A stretch of DNA of 64,000 nucleotides from an uncultured Bacteroidales bacterium (GCA_946409645.1 CAMJXE010000002.1:15808-79807); one strand, 5' to 3'. Positions 21,801-28,571 are shown, counted from the stretch's first letter. Numbers and translations: made by a program. Notes: a model not told the origin generated them from the sequence alone.

Positions 21801-23989
21801 GATCTTTCAATAGGATAGAGACAGTGAGGCTCCACGACTGCAATATTGTCGATAGCGAAAGGTTGGTTCTGGGAGTGGTAGGAACTGGAACTTCTGTAGA
21901 AGAGGAAATAGAGTCGTTGCAATCCCCGCTGTGTGGAGTCTAACATGTAATAAGCTGATTTCCATTCGTTATATGCAGTGGCTAATGAACTTCCAAGCTG
22001 CTCGGCATTTTCTGGGACATTATTTCCGGAAGGCAAAGTAGAAGGTGGTCCCATGAACACTCTAGCGGAGTTGGCTGGGACGTGCGCATTCCGGTAATCA
22101 AAAGTGAGCAGTACATCGTTGAGGGTGGAGTCGATGTATATGTCGCGATAGGCCCAAACGGAGAAAGAACTGGGCGGTGAGTAGTTGTTGTGCTCTCCAT
22201 TGTCGTTGGTAATATACATACCCATCTCGCCTGAGGTGTGCGCGGCCGTGCTGATGCACCACTTGTTAACGCCGGTGCCGTTGACAAACTGCCAGTTGTT
22301 GTTCTCAACAGCATCCTCAAATCCGCAATGGAAGGGGACATGGGCAATGGATATCTGCGTATGGAACATCGTTTCAGAACTCCATGCACTCTGCTCTGTG
22401 GCCGAACACCGTGCTCTCACCATCCATAGGTGGTCGCTGGCCGATTGCAACGCCGGCAACACGCAGAACGTGTCCATGGTCGTTATTGTCAGATAGTTGG
22501 TGTCAGACTCCAAGTGGTAGGCCACCTCGTAGCCTGCGGTTGCGCCCGGAGAGGCGTTCCATGACACAGTGGCTGAAGAGTCGGTCACTGAAAGGAGGGT
22601 TAGCTCAGCGGGAACGGCACAATCCGAAGCTCCCACACGGATGTTGTCGATAGCGGCGGGCGGATTTGTACCGTCGGAAGCGTTGTTTACCCATAAGAAG
22701 TAAAGTCGCTGGTTTCCCGCGAAGGAGGCATCCACCGTAAAACAAAAGTGCTGCCATGCGTAAACCATACTTAAGGCATCGCCCAACTGTGTTGCTCCAG
22801 CTGGTGCTGCGGACCCAGAAGGAGTGGTTTGCGGACCCAAAAACACCTTGACATAGTCCTGTCCGTTTTGTCCCAACCCTCTGAAGTCGAAGGAGATCTG
22901 GTATTGTGCCTGTCCAGCAGGAAGTTGGATGTCGCGGTAAGCCCAAGCCACAGATGATTGGGTATTTGTATAGGCATTGTTTTCACCACCGTCATTGGAG
23001 ATGTAGAGAGATGCCTCGCCGTTCCGTGCCACGGCCTCCCCAATATGCCACTGATTGATGGAGTTCTGAGCGAAACCCCATTCCAAGTTTTCGGCATTGT
23101 CTTCAAAACCGCACTGATAGGGCAAAGTAGCAAGATGTTGCAGCGTGGTGAACGTGTTGACCGTACTCCAGTCGCTCATTCCGGCAGTGCCGCAGTGGGA
23201 GCGTGTTTTCCATTCGTAATCGGTAGAAGTCTGAAGTCCTGTCAGAGTCAGGAAAGTATCCGTGGCCACCATCTCTGTGAAAACGGAGTCGGAAATTTTC
23301 TTGTAAGCCACCGTATAGGACGAGGCAGGCAGGATGGGATCGGTATTCCATGTCAACAGCACAGTATCTGCGCCTATGTTACTCGCGTGTGTATATGTGG
23401 GCGCGAAACAGCCGCTTTCGTAGGCAAAAGTGGTTTGAGGCAGGAATGCTGCACCGTGTGTATATGTCGATACAGATGTAGTATAGGTCATATAGGAGAG
23501 TTGGGCAGTTTGGTTTGCCCCGTAGAAATAGGAGTCTTTCCACGTAGCCCCGACGGGATTCTCGAATTCTATCAGCAAGTTCCCACCGGTATATGGGAAC
23601 GGCTCATCCAGCGTGATCCCCATGGTTGACTCCGAAATGCAACTCGACAACGTGCCGGTCCAAACCGTCGTGACTGATGCATTATCATAGCCGTTTTGCA
23701 GGTTGGAGGCGGTAGTAATGCCCATGCGGACCATCTGCGTCCCACCCCATGCACCTGAGGGCAGCGAGGAGAAGTAGTAGGTCAGCCCAGTGATGTGCGA
23801 GCCCACCATGTCGGTCAGCAAATTGGCAGGATACAGCACGTGTGATTTCTGCGGCACATCCATATAATATCCATATACAGGGATGTATCGGTCGGTAGCC
23901 GTGTTGCCACCTGCAACGGTGAGGGTCTGCGCGTTCAGCCCTGCCACCAGCGTTGCTAAAATCACGAATAAGGAGATGAGGTTTTTCAT
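12833..23989 (-). CDS. giant modular T9SS-secreted surface protein (~3,718 aa)
   Basis: One uninterrupted ORF. ATG at 23989 gives the signal peptide MKNLISLFVILATLVAGLNAQ (the track start at 24016 is TTG). 13 FN3-like units alternate with 10 type-A and 3 type-B beta-sandwich-like modules. C-terminal LYPNPTTGK...GVYFVRV...KRVVKR is a T9SS sorting domain. Confidence 0.9.
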   Translation of the reverse strand: MKNLISLFVILATLVAGLNAQTLTVAGGNTATDRYIPVYGYYMDVPQKSHVLYPANLLTDMVGSHITGLTYYFSSLPSGAWGGTQMVRMGITTASNLQNGYDNASVTTVWTGTLSSCISESTMGITLDEPFPYTGGNLLIEFENPVGATWKDSYFYGANQTAQLSYMTYTTSVSTYTHGAAFLPQTTFAYESGCFAPTYTHASNIGADTVLLTWNTDPILPASSYTVAYKKISDSVFTEMVATDTFLTLTGLQTSTDYEWKTRSHCGTAGMSDWSTVNTFTTLQHLATLPYQCGFEDNAENLEWGFAQNSINQWHIGEAVARNGEASLYISNDGGENNAYTNTQSSVAWAYRDIQLPAGQAQYQISFDFRGLGQNGQDYVKVFLGPQTTPSGSAAPAGATQLGDALSMVYAWQHFCFTVDASFAGNQRLYFLWVNNASDGTNPPAAIDNIRVGASDCAVPAELTLLSVTDSSATVSWNASPGATAGYEVAYHLESDTNYLTITTMDTFCVLPALQSASDHLWMVRARCSATEQSAWSSETMFHTQISIAHVPFHCGFEDAVENNNWQFVNGTGVNKWCISTAAHTSGEMGMYITNDNGEHNNYSPPSSFSVWAYRDIYIDSTLNDVLLTFDYRNAHVPANSARVFMGPPSTLPSGNNVPENAEQLGSSLATAYNEWKSAYYMLDSTQRGLQRLYFLFYRSSSSYHSQNQPFAIDNIAVVEPHCLYPIERSVASLDSTTALLTWSTPLTGQPNSYTVAYKQKNETDFTSVTVADTFVLLTGLEYSTHYVWKVRSNCSASEVGDWSPELSFLSAPIVYPLPYCCSFEDSTDNAQWQFIASDTNTQWYIGQAINNSGTSSLYVSSDDGTTTSCYHPDYYSVYTLAYRDLYFHRATEYLISFDVKESRCDYSSLKLIIGRPTIQESINYNNGIPSENSFIHFFNSQYYQAPDSVWQHYEFIVDSSYYGAERIYFSWEDYGYYTCNPTAAVDNFCVSATNCGRPGSLQNVTVTDTLAELSWQPFDNQTPESYTVAYRKMNDTVFTEVIVTDTSCIIGGLQPLTEYVWKVRANCSPSEYSFWSDEEDFYTDQLHVGLPYFCDFEDAVENSNWQIVTDWESENNQVYIGNAVACGGQNSLYISNDGSLTNSYIPHGGEPYAFREIYFTPGFSKYQIDFDVKGGGSMQGFMQVFLNYDAVSGFLSDAPFWTHHSITVDSSFAGLQQLRIEFTFYTSLNPAGAIDNISIKGINHTIPGQLSTTDITSHSARLMWQSDTVEVPQAYLLAYRAEEDPTYTETLLSASDTVFQFSNLAASSWYAWKLKALYANNEWSEWSSEKAFKTLASIPYFCDFEDSTENKNWTIRNGENCEINNYGGGSFNYDYQNRWFIGTPTNVTDNTLLYISSDDGVSNTYDMQRYSFVWAYRDIYLEPGYSQYQFSLDFKGVGQEGQDYVKLFLDTPATPPVEYYNVTIPFTQIGEELNLTDQWVHKSFTVDSTHAGVQRLYILWNNNNNSGINPPAAIDNISITVSTCGVPANLAAQTQDTTTILSWAPSAGSPLSYTLAYKKLDDSLYVEMSVQNTTCVLTGLLPETTYTWKIRANCTDNEQSEWSGDMFFTTTQMLNHLPYVCAFDNTAENSQWTMVNGEAENQWVIGNATGYEDNHALYISNDGGTTNAYTITENASVWAYRDVFFDNGHAEYQLSFDFKGMGQANTDYMKVFVGSPAVPSGTTTPAGAMQLGTAISSVNDWTHYVFTLDSSYTGIQRIYFLWVNNNSLGVQPPAAVDNLTVVGSDCAIPSELALTGMTDQTVALAWTPTSDNPVSYTVSVRQAGSTTTTEYTTTDTFLTVSGLTPSAAYFCKVRANCSANDHSGWSSDLSVRMPAALPYICDFEDANERNAWQFVNGTYNNQWYVGNAVSLSGDYSLYISNNGGVTYAYSYPYNSSYVWAYRDIYFDPSDSVYTLSFDMRGVGGTSYQISAYTNVYIGSPVTPNGTTTPAGATELGNSLCGMSAWTTKTYTLNHSYAGLQRLYFLWRNTGWTVSNPPAAIDNLTIDGTPCTDVPYELTAQAMDTLANLLWSMHNGSAESYTVAYKLQYDTAFTYITVPDEHLTIGNLTPLTTYVWKVRANCTATDHSQWSAESTFQTPAITARLPYVCDFEDADENSRWTFVNGSYANKWHIGNAVNNGGTSSLYVSNDNGATNTYTTNYSMIWAYRDVYLDPSYTDYVISFDCRAFGELYNNNPVDYAKVFLGPPTTPTVTPVSSNIIVPDGATQMGDVIYLDSTWHNVTINLDTAFTGLQRIYILWRSDVSWGTNPPAAFDNISITPEGCGIPRHLTANQVSENDALLSWDAVYQADSYTVAYRRQSDSSYSYLTANSTQVMLTNLQPKTNYIAKVRTNCDTMQGVWSDEFQFSTTTLPYFCGFEEADENVCWIIDDGMNNHKWYIGHAVHCDGDSALYVSNNNGVSNTFSDNVNAQTWAYRDIYFDPQYSEYLMEFDIRSYGYPGASVDYVRVFLGPPTTPSGNYTPANAEVIGDFYGMANWNHFRFVINGSHAGMQRLYFLWRQQVAGTNNPLAGAVDNISIVGSPCSIPTELTVSDLADVTAVVSWSPGVCGITNDYSVGYRMSSDTGWYELSTTDTFLLLQNLQSSTQYTWRVRKSCVPSFASQWSDVSTFFTEATEAQLPYFCGFEESDENRDWRLLGVGDNRWYIGQAAQQAGQYALYVSNDNGATNAYNVYGSMSNSWAYRDIYFTPGYSEYQIAFDFRGLGQSGDDRTRIFLGPPVPVEPNATYSITIPSGLEELGNGLYTDAAWTSHSFTVDSTHAGHQRLYFLWSNGHYEGTNPPGAVDNIMIYGGSCAAPHTLTVTATSTTSISISFTPADTSDQNWEAVIVEEGQPLDTTQIVALTSTAYTFNNLHKDRLYTIYVRTNCGNSQSAWCSTSQRTDCGTITDIPYMESFDTYGTGSNLDGYSAFPRCWSRLYSSYIVAPYPFIFPNGFYSSPGSLYFQPSNGHNVAITPEFDSSIPLNTLQASFKFKANTTAPNSILVVGVMTDPNDFATFTPVDTVFPNPYALTSWIDRTVSLASYTGNGHYLAFMQENFSNPLTPVSMDNLTVDYLSACPLPTNVTAEPITHDSVLVDWQPGGSETAWRVVVVPNGNGPESGTPVLTGTHPIVIGGLADNTMYDVFVQSDCGSSSSSWCTPATFMTTCAPVVDLPYSENFDDYPWMSSYIVRPDCWIFPVTYAECPRIDWNTYGYYGMESKALLFHSDTSTTATAVTQPFGVDIHSLRAQFRLSADHEYIAGCMEVGVMSDPYDLSTFESVQVISIAHFDTWQDVTVDFRNTAMTGTNRHIAFRQVGLHSSNMAMWLDDLIVYQADDCDAPSGLTAHDLTSTSAAISFEPSHSSASQWEYVACAPGVSPNTQTLVATASTSFVVDNLTPGQTYRIFVRTDCGSNSHSEWSESLEITPDCGIISQLPYTETFDTYGTDSETAFPDCWRRILTPASYSYYPIVSSEVSASGVGSMLFLANSFSDDWAITPAFAPNLSFDSIQLDFSYFQEAGAAPGWDTMFIGVMSSPYDAVSFVPVDTITLQSWGVWEPHSVLLDHYNGDGRYVAFRYHCPAYLGKVFIDDVVFSVRPDVGVPERDIDQLLHLYPNPTTGKCIVRNEQDLIEQLEVFDMYGKRLEQHFVRDYQTVIDLSAHASGVYFVRVTTEQGTVTKRVVKR
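12836..13052 (-). other. T9SS C-terminal sorting domain of the giant protein (approximate bounds)
   Basis: LHLYPNPTTGKCIVRNEQ...LSAHASGVYFVRVTTEQGTVTKRVVKR. Confidence 0.8.
13060..15175 (-). repeat. three type-B modules, FN3-like linkers after the first two (approximate bounds)
   Basis: Modules begin IPYMESFDTYG..FPRCW, LPYSENFDDY..RPDCW and LPYTETFDTYG..FPDCW. All contain VGVM(T/S)DP. Confidence 0.7.
15440..23134 (-). repeat. ten type-A modules each followed by an FN3-like linker, period ~260-300 aa (approximate bounds)
   Basis: Ten occurrences of (L/I/V)P(Y/F)xC(x)F(E/D), with shared SLY(I/V)SN(D/N), WAYRD(I/V), FDF(R/K)G, DY(V/A/M)KVF(L/V)G, QR(L/I)YF(L)W and NPPAA(I/V)DN motifs. Confidence 0.8.
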
Positions 23990-24011
23990 AATAATATGTT
24001 TTTTTCTAATT

Positions 24012-24066
24012 TTCAAGTTTCAGGATTCAAGATTCAAAGTTCAAAGCTCAAGGTTCAAGGTTAAAA
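24012..24066. repeat. degenerate 7-8-mer tract (TTCAAG-type) forming the leader of the giant gene
   Basis: ttcaagtttcaggattcaagattcaaagttcaaagctcaaggttcaaggttaaaag. It lies between the -7 box (24077-24084) and the start codon. Confidence 0.85.
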
Positions 24067-24076
24067 GTTTTGGCGG

Positions 24077-24084
24077 CAAAGATA
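24077..24084 (-). promoter_or_regulatory. -7 promoter box TAtcTTTG for the giant gene
   Basis: Reverse complement of caaagata. It sits in a 20-nt block, tttggcggcaaagatactat, that is identical to 26811-26830. Confidence 0.5.
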
Positions 24085-26784
24085 CTATTCTTTGATGAAT
24101 TTCTTGGTGACCTCTATATCATCGCATTTGATTTGGATGAAATAAACGCCTGAGGCAAGATGCCCGAGAGGGATTCTCGCAGTTGCTTCCACCATAGATA
24201 TCTCTCCGACCTTTCGGCTTTGGCTGTCGTACAACTCGATCTGGCAAGGCCCTGATTCCTCCTCCAAAATCACGTCGATATATTGTTTGGCAGGATTTGG
24301 ATATAGCTTGATACTGCTTAGCAGATACTCGTCAACATGGTCTTCAATGGTGTCATTTTCGGGCAGGGTGGCAAAAATAGTTTCCTCACTATAATCGGTT
24401 ATACCAAAGCAAGTGATGAATGCCCTGAAGGCGTATGTTGTGTTTGCGGTTAAATTGGTCAGTTCGGCCATAAAAGCATTATTCGAGATGGAACAATCAA
24501 TCGGAGTAAACTCATTTTCCGAGATATCCTTCCATTCAAACCCCGCAGCAGAGACAGACAAGTTGTCCGGATTATGAATGGTGGCGCTAAGTGTCGCGGT
24601 TGTCTGTCCGATAGAGTCTGCGTCAACAGCCATCACAGAGGGGCGCACTGGGAGAATTGCGGTATCAACGACCTCTAATGTCAGGTCGTCAATGTGAAGC
24701 CACATTGGGCCATTAACTCTCACAAACCTTATGGCGGGATAGCCATCCGCCCAATGATAATCCGCCACGCGAAGCGTATATTCCTGGAAACTTCCGCCTG
24801 CCGCACCAATCACATCAATTGTGTCGTTAGGAATAAAGGTGGAACTGTTCTCTGGATTCGTAATCAGTCCACCGATGACCTGAACATGCCAATCGCTATA
24901 AGTTCCCATATTCTTGGCATAGAACTTAATTTGCAAATTATCAATCGGATAGAGATTCTCCTCCACTTTGGGGAGTACGACAATGTTTGACCCGTTATCT
25001 ACGTAGTACAGCCGCAGCACCCGTGTACCACTGTGAGACTCGTCCGTCCTAATGGTAGCAGATGCGGATAATGTTTTCCAACATACAGGCAACATGGTCT
25101 CATTGTTATAATATTCAAAGTCCCAAGTCGCGGGAAGCTCAACAATTGGATCGCAAAGAGTAGAAAAATCGTGGAGTTCGTGACTTGCCGCTTCGGTGCC
25201 GTCATCGCATCGTGCCGCCACATACCATTGGTAAATTGTACCCGAGGTCAGTCCCGACAAAGTGTAAACGCCATTGTTATTCAACAACACGTTCGGCACA
25301 ACCGTAAATGCATTGTTCCCCTTGATTCGGTAGTATAGGTTACAGGATGATTCTGTTCCCGTCCAACTCAAATTGATACTGTTATGCGTAGGACTGGACG
25401 ATTCCAAATTGTATGGTCTTGGACACGAAAGCGTATAGTCAAGGAGCACATCTTTCACGTATATGTCGCTGTGGTCGATACATTTGAAAGAGACTCTGTC
25501 CCCAACTCCAGTGTAACCGTTTATCGGAACCAAATAAGTCTCGTATGATGTAGTCAGGCTTAGCGTGTCAACAGCCACAAACGTGGAGTCTGCACTGGCA
25601 TCGGTCATCACACCAATGATCAAGGTGCCATTGTTCGTTTCACTTCTGGCGGAAAAGGAAACCTCCACAGTATTTATATCAATGAGCTGTCTGTTCAAAT
25701 GCGGCATCGAGATGGTGTTGGGAATCCAAAGATTGATAGCACCATAGCTAATAACAGGGTCGCAGCAGCTTCCTGGGCCTCTTTCCCAACAAACAGGAAT
25801 CGGATGCATAGTACTTGAGACAAGAGATAAGTCGCAGATGTAAGGAAGGGTGTCGATATATTCACAAAGTGTAGTGAAGGATTGTTTGATCCAGACACTG
25901 GTATCGCTACCGCAATTGCGTGCCACCCTTACCCAATATTTCGTTATAGACTGCAAACCAGTCAACGTCACAGACGTGTCTTGCACGTTCACGGTGGTGA
26001 TATAGGCATCGTCCCAATTCTGTCCATCTTTAGCATATTGGACAATATAATCAGAGGCACCACCCTCAGGCATATTCCACGACAACTCTACTGAATGGCT
26101 CTGGATGTTGGAGACGGAAAATCCGGTAAGAGGGGTACAGGTCTCTCTTTTCAAACGCAAATTGGTGATGGTAGGTGCGGGCTGGATTCCGTGATCGTAG
26201 GTGCTGCCGTAGTCATTAACCCATCCGAAAACCAGTTTTGCAATTGAGTTGGTATCGGGATTGGCAATCGGATTGTTCATCCGAACATCCAAATGGATAG
26301 TTTTGCCATCTGTCAAATTGATAATATAAGGATAGTTTGGCGTGTTGGTCATATCGAAGTGGTCGCTGAAGTTGGCTGCATAGACGGAGTTCGTACTGAC
26401 ACCCCACGAGTAGGCGATTCCACCCTCGTAGATCTGGGAAGGAGGCGCCAAAAACATTTTCAGAAAGTCTTTGTTGTACTTGCCGCCGCATTTCAGATCG
26501 AAAGAGACAATAATCTTGTCCGCATCCCCGACCACAAATGTCTTTTCGGCAGCAACATTACTCCGGGTGTAGGAATAGGTGGGAGTGGCACCGTTGTTGG
26601 TCACAAGGAGTGCATTGTTACTGCCAGAGGTACCTAATATCCAGTAATTCTGAGCATCACCATTGTTCAGCACCCAACCTTCCGACGTGGAAAAAGTGGC
26701 CGTGTAGGGAAGAGCGGGCTCCTGTGCCACAACGGTCAGCATTGAAATTAACATCAGCCATTGGATAATACACAACTTTTTCAT
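24085..26784 (-). CDS. T9SS-secreted modular surface protein (~899 aa), smaller paralog of the giant protein
   Basis: ATG at 26784 gives the signal peptide MKKLCIIQWLMLISMLTVVAQ. One type-A-like module (LPYTATFSTSEGW...), FN3-like units, two type-B-like modules (LPYICDL..PVCW, LPATWDFEYY..PVCW). C-terminal KLYPNPAKQ...GVYFIQI...KKFIKE sorting domain. Confidence 0.88.
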   Translation of the reverse strand: MKKLCIIQWLMLISMLTVVAQEPALPYTATFSTSEGWVLNNGDAQNYWILGTSGSNNALLVTNNGATPTYSYTRSNVAAEKTFVVGDADKIIVSFDLKCGGKYNKDFLKMFLAPPSQIYEGGIAYSWGVSTNSVYAANFSDHFDMTNTPNYPYIINLTDGKTIHLDVRMNNPIANPDTNSIAKLVFGWVNDYGSTYDHGIQPAPTITNLRLKRETCTPLTGFSVSNIQSHSVELSWNMPEGGASDYIVQYAKDGQNWDDAYITTVNVQDTSVTLTGLQSITKYWVRVARNCGSDTSVWIKQSFTTLCEYIDTLPYICDLSLVSSTMHPIPVCWERGPGSCCDPVISYGAINLWIPNTISMPHLNRQLIDINTVEVSFSARSETNNGTLIIGVMTDASADSTFVAVDTLSLTTSYETYLVPINGYTGVGDRVSFKCIDHSDIYVKDVLLDYTLSCPRPYNLESSSPTHNSINLSWTGTESSCNLYYRIKGNNAFTVVPNVLLNNNGVYTLSGLTSGTIYQWYVAARCDDGTEAASHELHDFSTLCDPIVELPATWDFEYYNNETMLPVCWKTLSASATIRTDESHSGTRVLRLYYVDNGSNIVVLPKVEENLYPIDNLQIKFYAKNMGTYSDWHVQVIGGLITNPENSSTFIPNDTIDVIGAAGGSFQEYTLRVADYHWADGYPAIRFVRVNGPMWLHIDDLTLEVVDTAILPVRPSVMAVDADSIGQTTATLSATIHNPDNLSVSAAGFEWKDISENEFTPIDCSISNNAFMAELTNLTANTTYAFRAFITCFGITDYSEETIFATLPENDTIEDHVDEYLLSSIKLYPNPAKQYIDVILEEESGPCQIELYDSQSRKVGEISMVEATARIPLGHLASGVYFIQIKCDDIEVTKKFIKE

Positions 26785-26818
26785 GACGAAATCATTCATT
26801 TATATCAGTTTTTGGCGG

Positions 26819-26826
26819 CAAAGATA
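26819..26826 (-). promoter_or_regulatory. -7 promoter box TAtcTTTG for the 899-aa T9SS gene
   Basis: Reverse complement of caaagata, within the same 20-nt block as 24068-24087. Confidence 0.5.
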
Positions 26827-26849
26827 CTATCTTCTGCGACACTTTTATA

Positions 26850-26890
26850 TCCCTCACGCAAAAAATATGTTCCCTCATAGTAAAAATGTG
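26850..26890. promoter_or_regulatory. direct repeat pair TCCCTCA-N3/4-AAAAA(A)T with 21-bp phasing (candidate LytTR operator)
   Basis: tccctcacgcaaaaaat at 26850 and tccctcatagtaaaaat at 26871, just upstream of the adhesin -7 box. An inverted TCCCTCA copy lies at 27006-27012. Confidence 0.35.
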
Positions 26891-27050
26891 ACCGATTTGC
26901 CAGTTTTGAACCAATATTTCGGTGGGTGGTAAAAATCTGATTTTCAATATGTTAAATAAATGTCTGATTTTTGTGCTGTTGCGAGGGTTTTAGAGGGCTT
27001 TTCTGTGAGGGATGGGGCTGTTTTCCGGGGTTTTGTTTGGATTAATTCAC

Positions 27051-27058
27051 TATCTTTG
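27051..27058 (+). promoter_or_regulatory. -7 promoter box TAtcTTTG upstream of the LytTR gene
   Basis: tatctttg, with TTTG elements ~15-20 nt upstream. ATG at 27119. Confidence 0.45.
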
Positions 27059-27118
27059 CAGCGACTTTCAGACCCGAAAACAAGAAGCATAATAATAAAC
27101 AAATATTGAAGTCCGATT

Positions 27119-28183
27119 ATGAAACACCGAAGAACCATCGTTATCGTTTTGCTGAACGTCTTGTTCTGCGCCGTGCTGCTCTACTTCTTTGTCAACAACT
27201 CCTATCTTCGTCCATGGGCGGGCAGTATCACCAATGAAGTGCTTGTGGGACTGTTGCTGTTGGCCACCGTATATGCCAACTATTTCCTGTTTTACCCCCT
27301 ACTTCATAGAAAGCATCCGGTTGTCTATTGGGTGGTGGTGGTTTTCGTTTCCATTGTGGCAGGATTGATTGAAATGATTATCGCCTGGAAATGGATCAAA
27401 TATTGTAATGCGGGGGTTATAGAGCAATTTGGTGCCTTCAGAATGTTTACCCATCATGGGAGAGTTGTAGCTGCCCGAACCTTGGCATTCAACTTCTTCC
27501 CGTTTATGTTCCGGGAACGGCAGGAACTGCGAAAGGCTCTGGACGCAGAAGTGCAGGTGGTCTATCGTGACACTCTGATGGTGGATGTCGTTGACCAAAA
27601 GAGCAACCTGCTCATGATTCCCAAAAACGACATCTACTATTGTGTTCAGGACGGGAACTTCACCCGCATCTATACAGTGGATGACCGTTGGTTTACCCGG
27701 CTTGGTTCCATGAAACATCTTGTGCAACTGTTTGGGGAAGAAGACTTTGTCCGCATTTCGCCCACCGTTTTGATTCCGTATCAGTACATTTGGTCGTGCA
27801 ACGGCAGCGAGGTGTTCCTGAAAAAGATGCCGTGGACGAAGAAGCCGCTCACGTTCACGTTGGATCCCAAAAACAGTGGCCTGATTGCCGACCAGGTCGC
27901 CGAGGGTCTTCAGCGATGCAAGGCCGAAACAGCAGGGGAACAAGCTCCGAAGAGAAAGCCCCAGTCGAAGTCCAAACGGAAGCCCGTCGTCCCCCCGCAG
28001 CAGAAACTCGACATGGTTCAATCCTGCATTCAGGCGAATCCGGGCTGCAACACCACGGATATCGTCGCCCAGACCGAGATTTCGCTGAGCACGGTCGAGC
28101 GTTGCCTTTCCGAGCTCCGCAAACGCAAGCTCGTCAAATACGTCGGCAGCAAGCGCCACGGCGGTTACCATGTTAATTCATAA
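27119..28183 (+). CDS. membrane-anchored LytTR-domain DNA-binding protein with extra C-terminal winged-helix-like domain
   Basis: Three or four N-terminal TM helices. LytTR-like core (LLMIPKNDIYYCVQDGNFTRIYTVDDRWFTRLGSMKHLVQLFGEEDFVRISPTVLIPYQYI). Lys/Pro-rich linker. C-terminal NTTDIVAQTEISLSTVERCLSELRKRKLVKYVGSKRHGGY. Confidence 0.75.
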   Translation: MKHRRTIVIVLLNVLFCAVLLYFFVNNSYLRPWAGSITNEVLVGLLLLATVYANYFLFYPLLHRKHPVVYWVVVVFVSIVAGLIEMIIAWKWIKYCNAGVIEQFGAFRMFTHHGRVVAARTLAFNFFPFMFRERQELRKALDAEVQVVYRDTLMVDVVDQKSNLLMIPKNDIYYCVQDGNFTRIYTVDDRWFTRLGSMKHLVQLFGEEDFVRISPTVLIPYQYIWSCNGSEVFLKKMPWTKKPLTFTLDPKNSGLIADQVAEGLQRCKAETAGEQAPKRKPQSKSKRKPVVPPQQKLDMVQSCIQANPGCNTTDIVAQTEISLSTVERCLSELRKRKLVKYVGSKRHGGYHVNS

Positions 28184-28200
28184 TGCATAATGCATAATTA
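28177..28200. repeat. left 24-nt inverted repeat flanking the four-helix-bundle gene
   Basis: ttcataatgcataatgcataatta. Its reverse-complement partner at 28572-28595 matches 23 of 24 positions by hand alignment. Confidence 0.75.
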
Positions 28201-28560
28201 GTTGCGGTGGGCTTTGTGTTTAACGATGGAGGTGAGTATGCGGATCAATTCTTCACATTTGTTTTTCAACTCTTCATATAGGGCATTATCCAAATAACCG
28301 CTTTTGTGTAACAATTCTAACCAATAATCTGTTTCACTTGCTTCTTTAAGAGAGATGTTGAATTTAGAATAAAAATCAGAACTGCTTTGCCCTCTTATTC
28401 CCTCTCGGATATTAGTGCCAATACTGGTGCCACTCTTCAACAATTGCTCAGAAATCACCCATTCCTTTCTCTCTTTTCGCAACCAATCACAAAATCGAAC
28501 AACATCCACGGCAAATTCAGTACTCTTCACCACAATCAGATTATCTTTATTACTTTTCAT
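28198..28560 (-). CDS. four-helix-bundle protein (23S rRNA intervening-sequence protein family)
   Basis: 120 aa. SEQLLKSGTSIGTNIREG...KFNISLKEASETDYWLELL is typical of the TIGR02436-type family, from memory. Confidence 0.8.
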   Translation of the reverse strand: MKSNKDNLIVVKSTEFAVDVVRFCDWLRKERKEWVISEQLLKSGTSIGTNIREGIRGQSSSDFYSKFNISLKEASETDYWLELLHKSGYLDNALYEELKNKCEELIRILTSIVKHKAHRN

Positions 28561-28571
28561 ATCCTACCATT

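Noticed and set aside
12833-26799. Diversity-generating retroelement or cassette-switching system acting on the mega-proteins
   Set aside because: There is no reverse transcriptase, no template/variable repeat pair with adenine-specific differences, and no silent cassettes. The internal modules are too diverged to be recent gene-conversion partners.
24068-26830. Identical 20-nt blocks as recombinase sites of an invertible or phase-variable promoter
   Set aside because: The two copies are direct, not inverted. Each is simply a consensus-like promoter (TAtcTTTG) in the normal orientation for its gene. I found no flanking inverted repeats and no site-specific recombinase gene.
27299-28171. 290-aa minus-strand ORF and 162-aa plus-strand alternative frame within the LytTR gene
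   Set aside because: The plus-frame 27119-28183 product has TM helices and LytTR and HTH motifs. The competing frames are Arg/Gly/Pro-rich shadow ORFs.
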